Under the pieces are notes generated by a model. That model saw only the letters and a program-made list of their open reading frames with translations, was not told the origin of the DNA and did no database searches. Positions 38,601 through 47,944 of a stretch of DNA of 64,000 nt are shown one piece after another; within the stretch, counting starts at the first letter, position 1, and each line of letters begins with the position of its first letter. Made by a program: the position numbers and the translations under genes. Origin of the DNA: a virus; IMG/VR virus record IMGVR_UViG_3300044732_000442, positions 32,001 to 96,000 of that record. One strand, 5' to 3'.

Positions 38601-39771
38601 ATTATTTTATATGGGGCTAGAACCCTACAAAGCACGTTATACTCTACAACTACAAGAATGGAATGAACGTGTCTTTAAACGTAGAGGTATTAACTATGTT
38701 ATCGTTCCAGGCGAAACATTAAGTAATGACCAAGCTATTGTGACGGGACAAGTATTAGATGCACATGGTCGTACATACTTTGGTATGTCACAACTTATGA
38801 ATTTAGTTAAAATGATGAAGGCGGGTGAGTGTAGTGATGAAGATATTGTCTATTTTGAAGATATGTTTCAACCGGGTATTGAGAGTTTGCCGTATATACT
38901 TAAGCAAGTTCCTGCTAATCTCCGTCCTCGTATATTTGTCCGTTGTCTTGCTCAGTCAATCGATCCGGATGATTTCGTACATGTATGGGGAATGAGTGAA
39001 TTCATGGGTCACTATGAAAAGATGGTTGATTCATTCGTTGATGGCGTACTAGCTACAAATGAAGAAATGATTATGCATATGAAGATTGCGGGATGGAAGG
39101 CACCATTATATAACATTAGCGGTCTAGCATTTGGTAAAGATGAAGTGCGTGGTCGTATTGATGGTCCATTAAAACCCTTCAATCAACGTAAGATGCGTGT
39201 AGCATTTAGTGCAAGATGGGATCAAGAAAAACAACCAGACTTCTATATGGATTTGATTGAAACATTTCATTCTAGGTCTAATACTAAGGTAGAGTTCTGC
39301 GTGTTCAGTGGTAGTAAACTGAAAAGCAATAACGAAAGTTATATGGAACGTACACGTAAACTTCAAAGTGAAGGTAAACTAGTTATCTATGAAGATTTGG
39401 AAAAGAATGATTACTATCAACTATTAAATGATACTAGAGTATTGTTTAACTGTGCTTTGCAAGACTGGGTAAGTAATACAGTTAGTGAAGCAGATACATT
39501 GGGTTGTAATGTATTATATCCGGCATATCGTTCATTCCCAGAAACGTTTGCTAATGATAATACACGATTATATATTCCTTGGAGTATTGATGATGCTATG
39601 TCTAAATTACAAAATTTATTGATGGCACCACATAACTATCAAGGACGTATTAGTAAATACAATGATGGGACTATTGACCGTATCTGTGATATTATGGAAG
39701 GCAATGGAGAACAATATTTACGCATGACTAGTGATTATCGTAAATACACAAGAGAAACAAAATACTCATAA
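38593..39771 (+). CDS. Glycosyltransferase (GT-B fold)
   Basis: ARWDQEKQP and QDWVSNTVSEA (GT4-like motif); two-domain size. Confidence 0.72.
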   Translation: MRKLFYMGLEPYKARYTLQLQEWNERVFKRRGINYVIVPGETLSNDQAIVTGQVLDAHGRTYFGMSQLMNLVKMMKAGECSDEDIVYFEDMFQPGIESLPYILKQVPANLRPRIFVRCLAQSIDPDDFVHVWGMSEFMGHYEKMVDSFVDGVLATNEEMIMHMKIAGWKAPLYNISGLAFGKDEVRGRIDGPLKPFNQRKMRVAFSARWDQEKQPDFYMDLIETFHSRSNTKVEFCVFSGSKLKSNNESYMERTRKLQSEGKLVIYEDLEKNDYYQLLNDTRVLFNCALQDWVSNTVSEADTLGCNVLYPAYRSFPETFANDNTRLYIPWSIDDAMSKLQNLLMAPHNYQGRISKYNDGTIDRICDIMEGNGEQYLRMTSDYRKYTRETKYS

Positions 39772-39786
39772 CATAAAGGAAATAAA

Positions 39787-39981
39787 ATGAGCGCACAAAA
39801 TGATATTGAAACAAGCTTGGCAGCATATAATACTGAGAATGATAAGTTTAACAAAGGTAATGCAGCCGCTGGTACACGGGCTCGTAAGGCATTAGCAGAA
39901 CTAGCTAAAGCGGTTAAAGCACGCCGTAATGAAATTACAGCAGAAAAAGCCGCACGTGCAGAAGCAAAAGCTAAGGCTTAA
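39787..39981 (+). CDS. Histone H1-like (Hc1-type) small protein
   Basis: KGNAAAGTRARKALAEL motif. Confidence 0.7.
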   Translation: MSAQNDIETSLAAYNTENDKFNKGNAAAGTRARKALAELAKAVKARRNEITAEKAARAEAKAKA

Positions 39982-39983
39982 CC

Positions 39984-40211
39984 ATGGCTCGCAAGAAAAT
40001 TCAACTTGCAGAAGTTAGTTCATTGCCAGACTCAGTACAAAAAGGTAGTCACTTAACGGTGACTACTTATCCTGATGGCAAAACAGAATTAGAATGGGAT
40101 TGGGACGCATTAGTTAATGAGGTACGTGAAGCCTGCGCTAGTGTTGAACTTGCCAATACAAAGCCGGCAGTTAAGGCTAAATCAAAAAAATCAGTTGCTA
40201 AAACAAAGTGA
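39984..40211 (+). CDS. Hypothetical protein
   Basis: 75 aa ORF. Confidence 0.55.
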   Translation: MARKKIQLAEVSSLPDSVQKGSHLTVTTYPDGKTELEWDWDALVNEVREACASVELANTKPAVKAKSKKSVAKTK

Positions 40212-40277
40212 TAAATACTTGTGTTACACAACGGTAACACAATATCAAAACAAAACCATCACAAAGGAAGGTTATCT

Positions 40278-40961
40278 ATGAGTTATAATAAAACAAAAAC
40301 CGATCCAGTACTGGGTCTACAAGTACACGAACACTTAGTTAGAATGGGTGTTGAGACTCCTACAATCAAGTCTTTGGTTCCGGATCGTAAAGATAAGATT
40401 GCGGTCATTGAGCCGTTATTTGCCGAGATTATGAAAACACTTGGTTTAGATTTATCTGATGATAGTCTTATTGAAACACCTAAACGTGTTGCCAAGATGT
40501 ATGTCAATGAAATATTTTGGGGTCTCGATTATGAAGCATTCCCTAAATGTACAACAGTTGACAATAAGATGCAATACAACGAAATGGTTGTAGAGCGTAA
40601 TGTTAATGTTCAATCTAACTGCGAACATCATTTTGTAGTCATTGATGGATTGGCTACAGTAGCTTATGTCCCTAAACAAAAGGTGTTAGGGCTTAGTAAG
40701 ATAAACCGTATTGTAGAATATTTTAGCAAAAGACCTCAAATTCAAGAGAGGTTAACAGAGCAAATTTTTCACACCTTACAGTTCATCCTTGATACAGAAG
40801 ATGTTGCAGTTATGATTGACGCACAACACTATTGTGTAAAATCACGCGGCGTAGAAGATACAGGTAGTAGCACTGTTACTTGTCGTTTAGGTGGTGGTTT
40901 CAAAACTGATCCATCAGCACGACAAGAGTTCTTACAAATTGCTAACAAAGGTTGCAAATAA
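40278..40961 (+). CDS. folE: GTP cyclohydrolase I
   Basis: [40 protein letters not shown]. Confidence 0.96.
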   Translation: MSYNKTKTDPVLGLQVHEHLVRMGVETPTIKSLVPDRKDKIAVIEPLFAEIMKTLGLDLSDDSLIETPKRVAKMYVNEIFWGLDYEAFPKCTTVDNKMQYNEMVVERNVNVQSNCEHHFVVIDGLATVAYVPKQKVLGLSKINRIVEYFSKRPQIQERLTEQIFHTLQFILDTEDVAVMIDAQHYCVKSRGVEDTGSSTVTCRLGGGFKTDPSARQEFLQIANKGCK

Positions 40962-41197
40962 TGGGCTTTCGTAAACAAATGGACTATAACAGTGTTCATC
41001 ATCAAATCTATATGAGTGGTGTAGAACTACATAGTAACTATAATGACGGATTTAATCAATTTGAAATCAAAAAAGACTTACATCGGATCAAATGGCTATT
41101 GGATGAGATTATAGCCGATAGTCCTACATTTGCCGGTGAAGATGAATTCTTAAAAGAACACGAACAAACTAAGATGTGGAGAACTCTTTCAAAATGA
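40961..41197 (+). CDS. Hypothetical protein
   Basis: ATG overlaps folE stop. Confidence 0.55.
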   Translation: MGFRKQMDYNSVHHQIYMSGVELHSNYNDGFNQFEIKKDLHRIKWLLDEIIADSPTFAGEDEFLKEHEQTKMWRTLSK

Positions 41198-41667
41198 TTT
41201 TCAATCACATTAAAGAACTAAAAGCACAAGGTAAAAAGATTGGTATCACTTTCAGTACATTTGACTTGCTACATGCAGGGCATGTTGCTATGTTAAGTGA
41301 AGCTAAGAATCATTGTGACTATTTGATTTGTGGGTTGCAAACTGATCCTACTATTGATAGACCTGACACTAAGAATAAACCCATTCAAAGTATTGTAGAG
41401 CGACAGATTCAACTTGCGGCTTGTCGTTATGTTGATGAAGTTGTTGTCTATCAAACTGAACAGGACCTTATTGACCTATTACTTATTCTACCATTAGATG
41501 TTCGCATTTTGGGTGTAGAGTATGCAGATAAAGAGTTTACTGGAAGATGGGAGGGCGGTGAGCGTGGCATTGAACTTGTGTTCAATGGTCGTGACCATAG
41601 TTTCAGTAGCAGTAGTTTACGTAAACGGGTAGCTGATGCCCAAATCATTAACACTCTTAATAAATAA
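41194..41667 (+). CDS. tagD: Glycerol-3-phosphate cytidylyltransferase-like
   Basis: STFDLLHAGH, CRYVDEV, RDHSFSSSSLR. Confidence 0.8.
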   Translation: MIFNHIKELKAQGKKIGITFSTFDLLHAGHVAMLSEAKNHCDYLICGLQTDPTIDRPDTKNKPIQSIVERQIQLAACRYVDEVVVYQTEQDLIDLLLILPLDVRILGVEYADKEFTGRWEGGERGIELVFNGRDHSFSSSSLRKRVADAQIINTLNK

Positions 41668-41671
41668 GATA

Positions 41672-41737
41672 ACCGGTCTCTTTGGGCTCATCCCGGTATA
41701 CAAACTCTGCGTCCTATGCTATAATATAACATAGGAG
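41672..41737 (+). promoter_or_regulatory. preQ1-I-like riboswitch candidate plus RBS-sequestering hairpin upstream of queD
   Basis: ACCGG-UCUCUUUGGGCUCAU-C-CCGGU-AUACAAA-CUC; then UCCUAUG/CAUAGGA hairpin covering the SD. Confidence 0.55.
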
Positions 41738-41743
41738 AACACA

Positions 41744-42226
41744 ATGGCAAACAAAAAATTCTTTTCAACAAAAACATACAGACAAATAGGTCCTGTCGCA
41801 TATCGTCAATGGCGTGCTGACAGTCATTGTAACTTAATTCATGGCTATGCTATGAGTTTTCACTTTGAATTTGAAGCAGATACATTAGATGCCCGTAACT
41901 GGGTAACTGACTTCGGTGGATTACGACCACTTAAAGATAAACTAGAAGAATGGTTTGACCATACATTATTAGTCGCACAAGATGACCCAATGCGTGAACA
42001 TCTATTAGAACTAGGTCGTTTAAAACTAGCAAAGATTACAGAAGTAGAACGTACTGGTTGTGAGGGTATTGCTGACTTCTTATATGAATACATTAACACA
42101 ATCTTTTTACCTAACTGCGGTAGTGAAGAAGCAAAACGTGTATGGTGCTGTAGAGTAGAGGTCCGTGAGACTGATAGTAACATGGCAGGACGAGGTGGTC
42201 ACAGGGAAGACGGAGAGTTTGCATAA
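41744..42226 (+). CDS. queD: 6-carboxytetrahydropterin synthase
   Basis: SHCNLIHGY, DFGGL, FDHTLL, TGCE, VEVRET. Confidence 0.88.
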   Translation: MANKKFFSTKTYRQIGPVAYRQWRADSHCNLIHGYAMSFHFEFEADTLDARNWVTDFGGLRPLKDKLEEWFDHTLLVAQDDPMREHLLELGRLKLAKITEVERTGCEGIADFLYEYINTIFLPNCGSEEAKRVWCCRVEVRETDSNMAGRGGHREDGEFA

Positions 42227-43074
42227 TGGCACAACTAAAAATTTCAGAACTATTCTATAGTATACAAGGAGAAGGCCGATATATGGGAGTTCCCTCCGTG
42301 TTCCTAAGAACATTTGGTTGTAACTTTACATGTGCAGGCTTTGGCATGCCTAAAGGTGAAGTAAGTAAAGAAGTAGAAGATATTGCCGCAAGGGTTCACT
42401 ATTATGATGATTATAAAAAACTACCGTTGGTCAGTACAGGGTGTGACAGTTATGCTTCATGGGATCCTAGGTTTAAGCATCTTAGTCCTGTTCGCCCCAC
42501 CGATGATATTGTTGACGACATTATGGCTATGCTTCCTCACAATCGCTGGATGGATGAGCACCTTGTCATCACTGGCGGTGAACCTCTTCTTGGATGGCAA
42601 AGAGCGTATCCAGAACTGCTTTCAAACGAGAAGATGAGGTCATTGAAAGAGATTACATTTGAAACTAATGGTACACAAGAACTAAGTCAAGACCTCTCTA
42701 TCTATCTACAACAATGGAAGATTAACAGAGAAAAGAATGCACTTACATTTAGTGTTAGCCCTAAACTAAGTATCAGTGGTGAGAAGTGGGAAGAAGCAAT
42801 TTGTCCTAGTATTATTCGTCAATATGAAAGTATTGGCTTTGTATATTTAAAGTTTGTTATCGCTACTAAAGAAGATGCATTAGAAGCTGATAAGGCAGTA
42901 CAAGAGTTTCGTAATGGTGGATTTAGAGGCCCTGTATACTTTATGCCATGTGGTGGTGTAGAAAGTATCTATAGTTTGAATGCTAAGAATGTTGCTATTG
43001 AAGCAATGAATCGTGGTTATCGTTATAGTGATAGACTTCAAGTCCCACTGTTTAAAAACGAGTGGGGCACATAA
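42226..43074 (+). CDS. queE: 7-carboxy-7-deazaguanine synthase (radical SAM)
   Basis: ELFYSIQGEG, FLRTFGCNFTC...GCDS, ITGGEP, ETNGT, VSPK, RLQV. Confidence 0.92.
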   Translation: MAQLKISELFYSIQGEGRYMGVPSVFLRTFGCNFTCAGFGMPKGEVSKEVEDIAARVHYYDDYKKLPLVSTGCDSYASWDPRFKHLSPVRPTDDIVDDIMAMLPHNRWMDEHLVITGGEPLLGWQRAYPELLSNEKMRSLKEITFETNGTQELSQDLSIYLQQWKINREKNALTFSVSPKLSISGEKWEEAICPSIIRQYESIGFVYLKFVIATKEDALEADKAVQEFRNGGFRGPVYFMPCGGVESIYSLNAKNVAIEAMNRGYRYSDRLQVPLFKNEWGT

Positions 43075-43086
43075 AATAGTCTCTAC

Positions 43087-43320
43087 ATGTTAGATTATCC
43101 AATAGATGATGATGTATTTTACAACAATGCATTAATGAGAGGTCTAGGATCAACTCTTAAGTTTGCATGGTTGCCTAAAAGATGTGTGTTAACCGGTAAG
43201 TTGATTTGGTTAACATATGGTTATAGGGTTACAGCAATGTGGTCAGGGCCAGGTGAGTCCATATTTGAACACAAATGGCATTCTAAGAATGCCCACATTA
43301 TGTGGTTATTAAAAAGGTAA
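43087..43320 (+). CDS. Hypothetical protein
   Basis: FAWLPKRC..TGKLIWL motif of small phage proteins. Confidence 0.55.
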   Translation: MLDYPIDDDVFYNNALMRGLGSTLKFAWLPKRCVLTGKLIWLTYGYRVTAMWSGPGESIFEHKWHSKNAHIMWLLKR

Positions 43321-43324
43321 ATAT

Positions 43325-43498
43325 ATGTATGAATTAAGATATCTTGTCCGAAACGGTTATGACGGACCAGAAAAAGTGTTACAATATAGAACACAAAGTG
43401 AAGTAACTGATTATAGTACAACTACCCTTAACGGCAGTTTTACTAAAAAGCGTGAGTGGACTGAATGGCAAGATGTACCTACTGTAAAAGATAAATGA
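43325..43498 (+). CDS. Small hypothetical protein (57 aa, MYELRYLVR...WQDVPTV)
   Basis: Not in track; aagg RBS; stop overlaps next ATG. Confidence 0.6.
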   Translation: MYELRYLVRNGYDGPEKVLQYRTQSEVTDYSTTTLNGSFTKKREWTEWQDVPTVKDK

Positions 43499-44832
43499 GA
43501 ACATACGATAAACGAATTGGCTTCTTAGTAAGCTATCAAACATTAATACCACATGGTGGGATAGGGCAATTTACAAAAAGCTTCTGTGAACTAATGGACC
43601 AACATAATATTAAAGTTGATATCATTACCGATAAAGAACCACAAGATACTGAGTTTGTTAAATCTATCAAAGCAAATGTTATTGCCCCATTAGAATCACT
43701 AAAATATACTGACCACAGCAATATCTTTATGTATGGGGATACATTCTGTTATGAACGAATGGCTAATTTCCGTACAGCAATTGTAGAAGCACTGGAACAT
43801 AATTTGTATGATGTACTGATATGCAACACATATGAAACTGTGCAGGTAGCTAGTACTATGGGACTTGAAGATGTGATTCAAATCATTGCATATACTCATT
43901 TAGAAAGTCAGATATTCACAGACACCAAGAATCCCTTCTTGTCTAACACTAATGTAGCAATGCGTCACCAATTAAGCTTAACGAATATTGATGTGGGTAC
44001 ACAGAGTAAATTCAATCAAGTACATTTAGATGAATCTTCATATCACTTGCCTATTCCTATTACAGAACGTGGATTACTGGAAGAACATCATAAGACACGT
44101 GAAGGTATATTGTTTGTTGGACGATGGGAAGAAGGTAAGAATCCTGAGTTGTTCTTAGACTTGATTGAACAAACAAACCTTCCAGCAAAAGTAATGACTA
44201 GTGCAAATGGTGCAAAGAAGTTTGAAGATAGACTACAGAAGATAGGTGTACCTTACGAAATTCGTGTAGGTATCATTGGTCAAGAGAAAGTTAACTTTAT
44301 GACAAGTGCTAGAATTGCATTCAATCCTAGTATTGTTGAGAGTTATGGTATGGCATTCTATGAACAACATATTCAAATGCCTACATTAGTGTTAGAACAT
44401 CAACGTTGGACTAATAACTTTAACAAAGATTTCTTTTATACTTGTACTAAAAAAGACATGGCAAGTAAAGCAAAAGAATTGTACGATATTTTTGAAAAAG
44501 CAGAAAGATGGTATAACTTGGGAGCATTGCAACATGCACAAGAACAAGAAGCTACTGTCTTTCATAAATGGAACAACTGTTTTAATGATTTTGAACCTAG
44601 AAAATCTAACAGTAATACAGCAAAAATATGCAATGAGACTACAATTAAACACGTTGATTTTATCAGTGATTTGAACCGTAGTATTATTTGTATTGATGAT
44701 GTACGTAGTGTTTTAACCAATAAACATAAATTTAGGGTTATCTATACAGATGACGATACATACTTAACAAAAGATCCAAACTTTGAACCAATAGAAGAAG
44801 CAGAAGGTCTATCATTATTTGAGGGTTTATGA
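43495..44832 (+). CDS. Glycosyltransferase (GT-B, GT4-like)
   Basis: PHGGIG, FVGRWEEGKNP, PSIVESYGMAFYE. Confidence 0.82.
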   Translation: MRTYDKRIGFLVSYQTLIPHGGIGQFTKSFCELMDQHNIKVDIITDKEPQDTEFVKSIKANVIAPLESLKYTDHSNIFMYGDTFCYERMANFRTAIVEALEHNLYDVLICNTYETVQVASTMGLEDVIQIIAYTHLESQIFTDTKNPFLSNTNVAMRHQLSLTNIDVGTQSKFNQVHLDESSYHLPIPITERGLLEEHHKTREGILFVGRWEEGKNPELFLDLIEQTNLPAKVMTSANGAKKFEDRLQKIGVPYEIRVGIIGQEKVNFMTSARIAFNPSIVESYGMAFYEQHIQMPTLVLEHQRWTNNFNKDFFYTCTKKDMASKAKELYDIFEKAERWYNLGALQHAQEQEATVFHKWNNCFNDFEPRKSNSNTAKICNETTIKHVDFISDLNRSIICIDDVRSVLTNKHKFRVIYTDDDTYLTKDPNFEPIEEAEGLSLFEGL

Positions 44833-45662
44833 AAAAGATTTTAATTACAGGATGCTCAGGATACATTGGCAGTCATCTATGCAAAATGCTTGAGAATGAA
44901 TATGAAGTTCATGGCTTAGATATTGATGAACCACAAGCGCCATTGAATGAGTTTTATCGTTGCGATATCAATAGACAATTTGCTATTCCGGGTGATATTG
45001 AATATGATTGTGTAATCCATTTAGCGGCATTAGTTCGTGTAGGTGAAAGCGAGCAGATGCCTATCAAATACTATATCACTAACTTGAATGGTACAATGAA
45101 TGTAGTTAACAAGATAAAGACAAAGAACTTTATCTTTGCTAGTACAGGTGCCGCACAAGATTGTGCTAGTGCTTATGGTATCAGCAAACGTGCCGCAGAA
45201 GATGTGGTCAGAGAATATTGTACAACCCATCGTCAAACACCATATACAATCTTTAGATTTTATAATGTTATTGGAAGCACCGTCGTGGCTCCCACTAACC
45301 CCGATGGGTTAATGTACAATTTAATTAAAGCTAAAGAGTCGGGTGAGTTTACTATTTACGGTAATGATTATGATGTGTCCGTTATTGATGGTACATGTAT
45401 ACGTGATTATGTACATGTTAATGAGATATGTGATGCATTGATGCAAGCAATTGAAAAGCCTAGCAATAGCTTTGAATGCTTAGGACATGGTGTAGGATAT
45501 ACTGTACAGGAGATTGTTGATTTATTTCAAAAAGTCAATGAGTGTAGTTTTGATGTAAAATACGGCCCAAGGAGAAAGGGTGATTTACCTAGTTCTGTAC
45601 TAGCTAATGTATCACCCTATATGCGTAATCTATACACTATGGAAGATTTATTGAAGGTTTAG
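44829..45662 (+). CDS. galE: NAD-dependent nucleotide-sugar epimerase (GalE-like)
   Basis: TGCSGYIGSH, HLAA, YGISK, RFYNV, DGTCIRDYVHV. Confidence 0.88.
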   Translation: MKKILITGCSGYIGSHLCKMLENEYEVHGLDIDEPQAPLNEFYRCDINRQFAIPGDIEYDCVIHLAALVRVGESEQMPIKYYITNLNGTMNVVNKIKTKNFIFASTGAAQDCASAYGISKRAAEDVVREYCTTHRQTPYTIFRFYNVIGSTVVAPTNPDGLMYNLIKAKESGEFTIYGNDYDVSVIDGTCIRDYVHVNEICDALMQAIEKPSNSFECLGHGVGYTVQEIVDLFQKVNECSFDVKYGPRRKGDLPSSVLANVSPYMRNLYTMEDLLKV

Positions 45663-47032
45663 TGTTTCAATAATAATGTAGACAATACATCTTGTCTATT
45701 AGCACTGATATCACCCTCACCTGGTGCAATGATAACATTCCATTTCTTAATGTTATTCTTTTGTGGAGTAGCCATCATCTCATTATAATCAATGATACTA
45801 TCACGTTTTAAATTATATTGATTTGCCAATCTGTCTTTTAATTCTTCTAATGCGGCTGCGTCTTTTGGTTGCCAAGCACCATCAGCGGTCTTATCTAACT
45901 TACCATCCTTATCCTTCTTCAATAAGTCATAGAATAACTTACTTGGAACAATACGACTATTCTTAGTTACATCTAGTTGTGGATCTTGTTGTTTAACTTG
46001 TTTCTCTTGACTAGTACTTGCACCCTCACTCCAATTAACAATAAAGTTACTTGGCTTTTGACCTAAGGCTGCATCCGCTATTTTTGTATAAGCATAGAAC
46101 TTAACATCAGGATGTGATGCCGCTAATTTGAATGCCAAATCCATATATTCTGGACTAAAGAAATCACCAGCATCATGCCAACGAATAGTTAGATTGTAAC
46201 CACCCTTTTGTGCTAGCTTTTCTTCTTTTGTGATTTCTGCACTTAGTTGATTAAAGAATCCATCTGGATCATTCAATAAGAAAGTAAGAATTCTTCCGTC
46301 ACTTAACCAAGGACCTTCAAACTGAACCTTACCACCCTTCATAGCGAAACAATCTACTTTACATGATCCAGCACCCGGACATGTATTAACTACTATGAGT
46401 TCGTTTGTACCTTCATCTAATGCTATACCGACTAGTGCGGCAAAACCAATGTTATAGAATTGTTCTAGTTCACCATTAGAATGTTTCATCTTCTCATTTT
46501 GTTTAAGAAGTTTCTTTGGGCGAACACCTAATGCTGTTTTGATTTGGTCTGTATCGTAGCGTTTACCTTCTTCATTGTAGTATTTGACTACACTTGAGCG
46601 ATGGATGTAAGGAAGTTTATATTTGTCTGTTTTACCCTTTTCACGATTACGAATTCTATCTAAGTAATCATCTAGTTCTTGGCCTTTTAGTTCACGTGTT
46701 TGTGCTGGTAGTTTTGTTGCTTCTGCTACAGGTTGTTGTTTAGTAGCAGGTTCCATTGTAGCACGAATCTTGCCGATAGCTTGACCTATACCAGCGGCTC
46801 TTTTTTCAGCCTTTTTAAATTGATTTTTAGGATCTTGTTTAAGTCTATCTCTAGCATCTGTATTAGATTTTCTAACATAGCTTGCTAATGTTTGAGGAGA
46901 CAATTCATCTAATTGTTCATCGGGCAAATCATCAGATTGAGCCAGAAACTGATCCATGCTCATAACTTTGATGCCACCTACAGCACCCGGTAATTTGGGT
47001 GTTGCACCCTCAAATAGTTCTACAAAATTCAT
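45659..47032 (-). CDS. GP88-like Cys-cluster (radical-SAM-like) domain behind capsid-targeting start and small modules
   Basis: MNFVELFE; EQLDE and PVAE linkers; CPGAGSCKVDC, RWHDAGDF, FYAYTK. Confidence 0.7.
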   Translation of the reverse strand: MNFVELFEGATPKLPGAVGGIKVMSMDQFLAQSDDLPDEQLDELSPQTLASYVRKSNTDARDRLKQDPKNQFKKAEKRAAGIGQAIGKIRATMEPATKQQPVAEATKLPAQTRELKGQELDDYLDRIRNREKGKTDKYKLPYIHRSSVVKYYNEEGKRYDTDQIKTALGVRPKKLLKQNEKMKHSNGELEQFYNIGFAALVGIALDEGTNELIVVNTCPGAGSCKVDCFAMKGGKVQFEGPWLSDGRILTFLLNDPDGFFNQLSAEITKEEKLAQKGGYNLTIRWHDAGDFFSPEYMDLAFKLAASHPDVKFYAYTKIADAALGQKPSNFIVNWSEGASTSQEKQVKQQDPQLDVTKNSRIVPSKLFYDLLKKDKDGKLDKTADGAWQPKDAAALEELKDRLANQYNLKRDSIIDYNEMMATPQKNNIKKWNVIIAPGEGDISANRQDVLSTLLLKH

Positions 47033-47925
47033 TTCTTAAGATTCCTAATATATTGTTCAGCTAGCATTACTAATTCTTCCATTTGCTCTACACTCTCGCA
47101 ATTCCATCTACGTAGTGCTAATGCTTTAGGGGTAGGTTTACCATTAGGCTTTTTCATAGGACCTTTGTTACCACTCATACGAGCACAAAAACTCTTGCGG
47201 CGTTTGGCAGCTTTTGATCCAGGCTTTAATTTACTAGGTTTGGTAGTAACTGCTGTTTGCAATTTGCTGCCTGGATTTTCCCTACGATATGCTTTCACTG
47301 CTTTACGGCTCATGCCGGACGTTTTGTCTTTCTTATTGACTTTGTTCCAGTCTTCATCGATACCTTGCTGAGGTGTTGTACCATAATGGCTCATATTATC
47401 ATAGGTTGACCTACCTAAATGTGTGTTGATTAAAAACATCTGAGCATCCTTAAGACTCTTATGATTCATTTGTTTTATAAAATTACCATCTTTTCTTCTA
47501 GTTGTAAAGGGAGGTTGACCTGTCCTACTATATATATGTCCTATTTTTTGACCATCGTATATAAATTCATATTCTTTCCATGGATCTTTTGCTTCATTCA
47601 TACCCTGTTGACCTAGTGGAATATTAGCAATATCATTTACAGTAATATTAACTAAATTAGTTGTTCCATTTGCTATACGGGCAAAGTGTCCCTGATTGTG
47701 TAAATTCATCATTGCGTAATAAAGATAGTTTGGGTCAATAACATCAGTTTTTACAACTTTAATGCCAATCCTTGATGGATCAAATTCTTTGAGAGGCTTA
47801 CCCACAGTCTTATCACTACCCTTACGCACTAACCAAAAGTCAGCGTCTGGCATATTAGTAGCAATTTTTGCTATGTCTTTTAGTCTGGTTCCTGAACTCT
47901 CTGATATAATTTCGGTAAATCTCAT
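47029..47925 (-). CDS. Modular head-packaged protein: HsdS/TRD-like fragment plus basic RRKSFCARM module
   Basis: MRFTEIISE; LKDIAKI...PNYLYY...GTTNLVNIT...IPL; QGMNE and QGIDE linkers. Confidence 0.65.
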   Translation of the reverse strand: MRFTEIISESSGTRLKDIAKIATNMPDADFWLVRKGSDKTVGKPLKEFDPSRIGIKVVKTDVIDPNYLYYAMMNLHNQGHFARIANGTTNLVNITVNDIANIPLGQQGMNEAKDPWKEYEFIYDGQKIGHIYSRTGQPPFTTRRKDGNFIKQMNHKSLKDAQMFLINTHLGRSTYDNMSHYGTTPQQGIDEDWNKVNKKDKTSGMSRKAVKAYRRENPGSKLQTAVTTKPSKLKPGSKAAKRRKSFCARMSGNKGPMKKPNGKPTPKALALRRWNCESVEQMEELVMLAEQYIRNLKK

Positions 47926-47944
47926 TTTGTTATCCGTAAATAGT

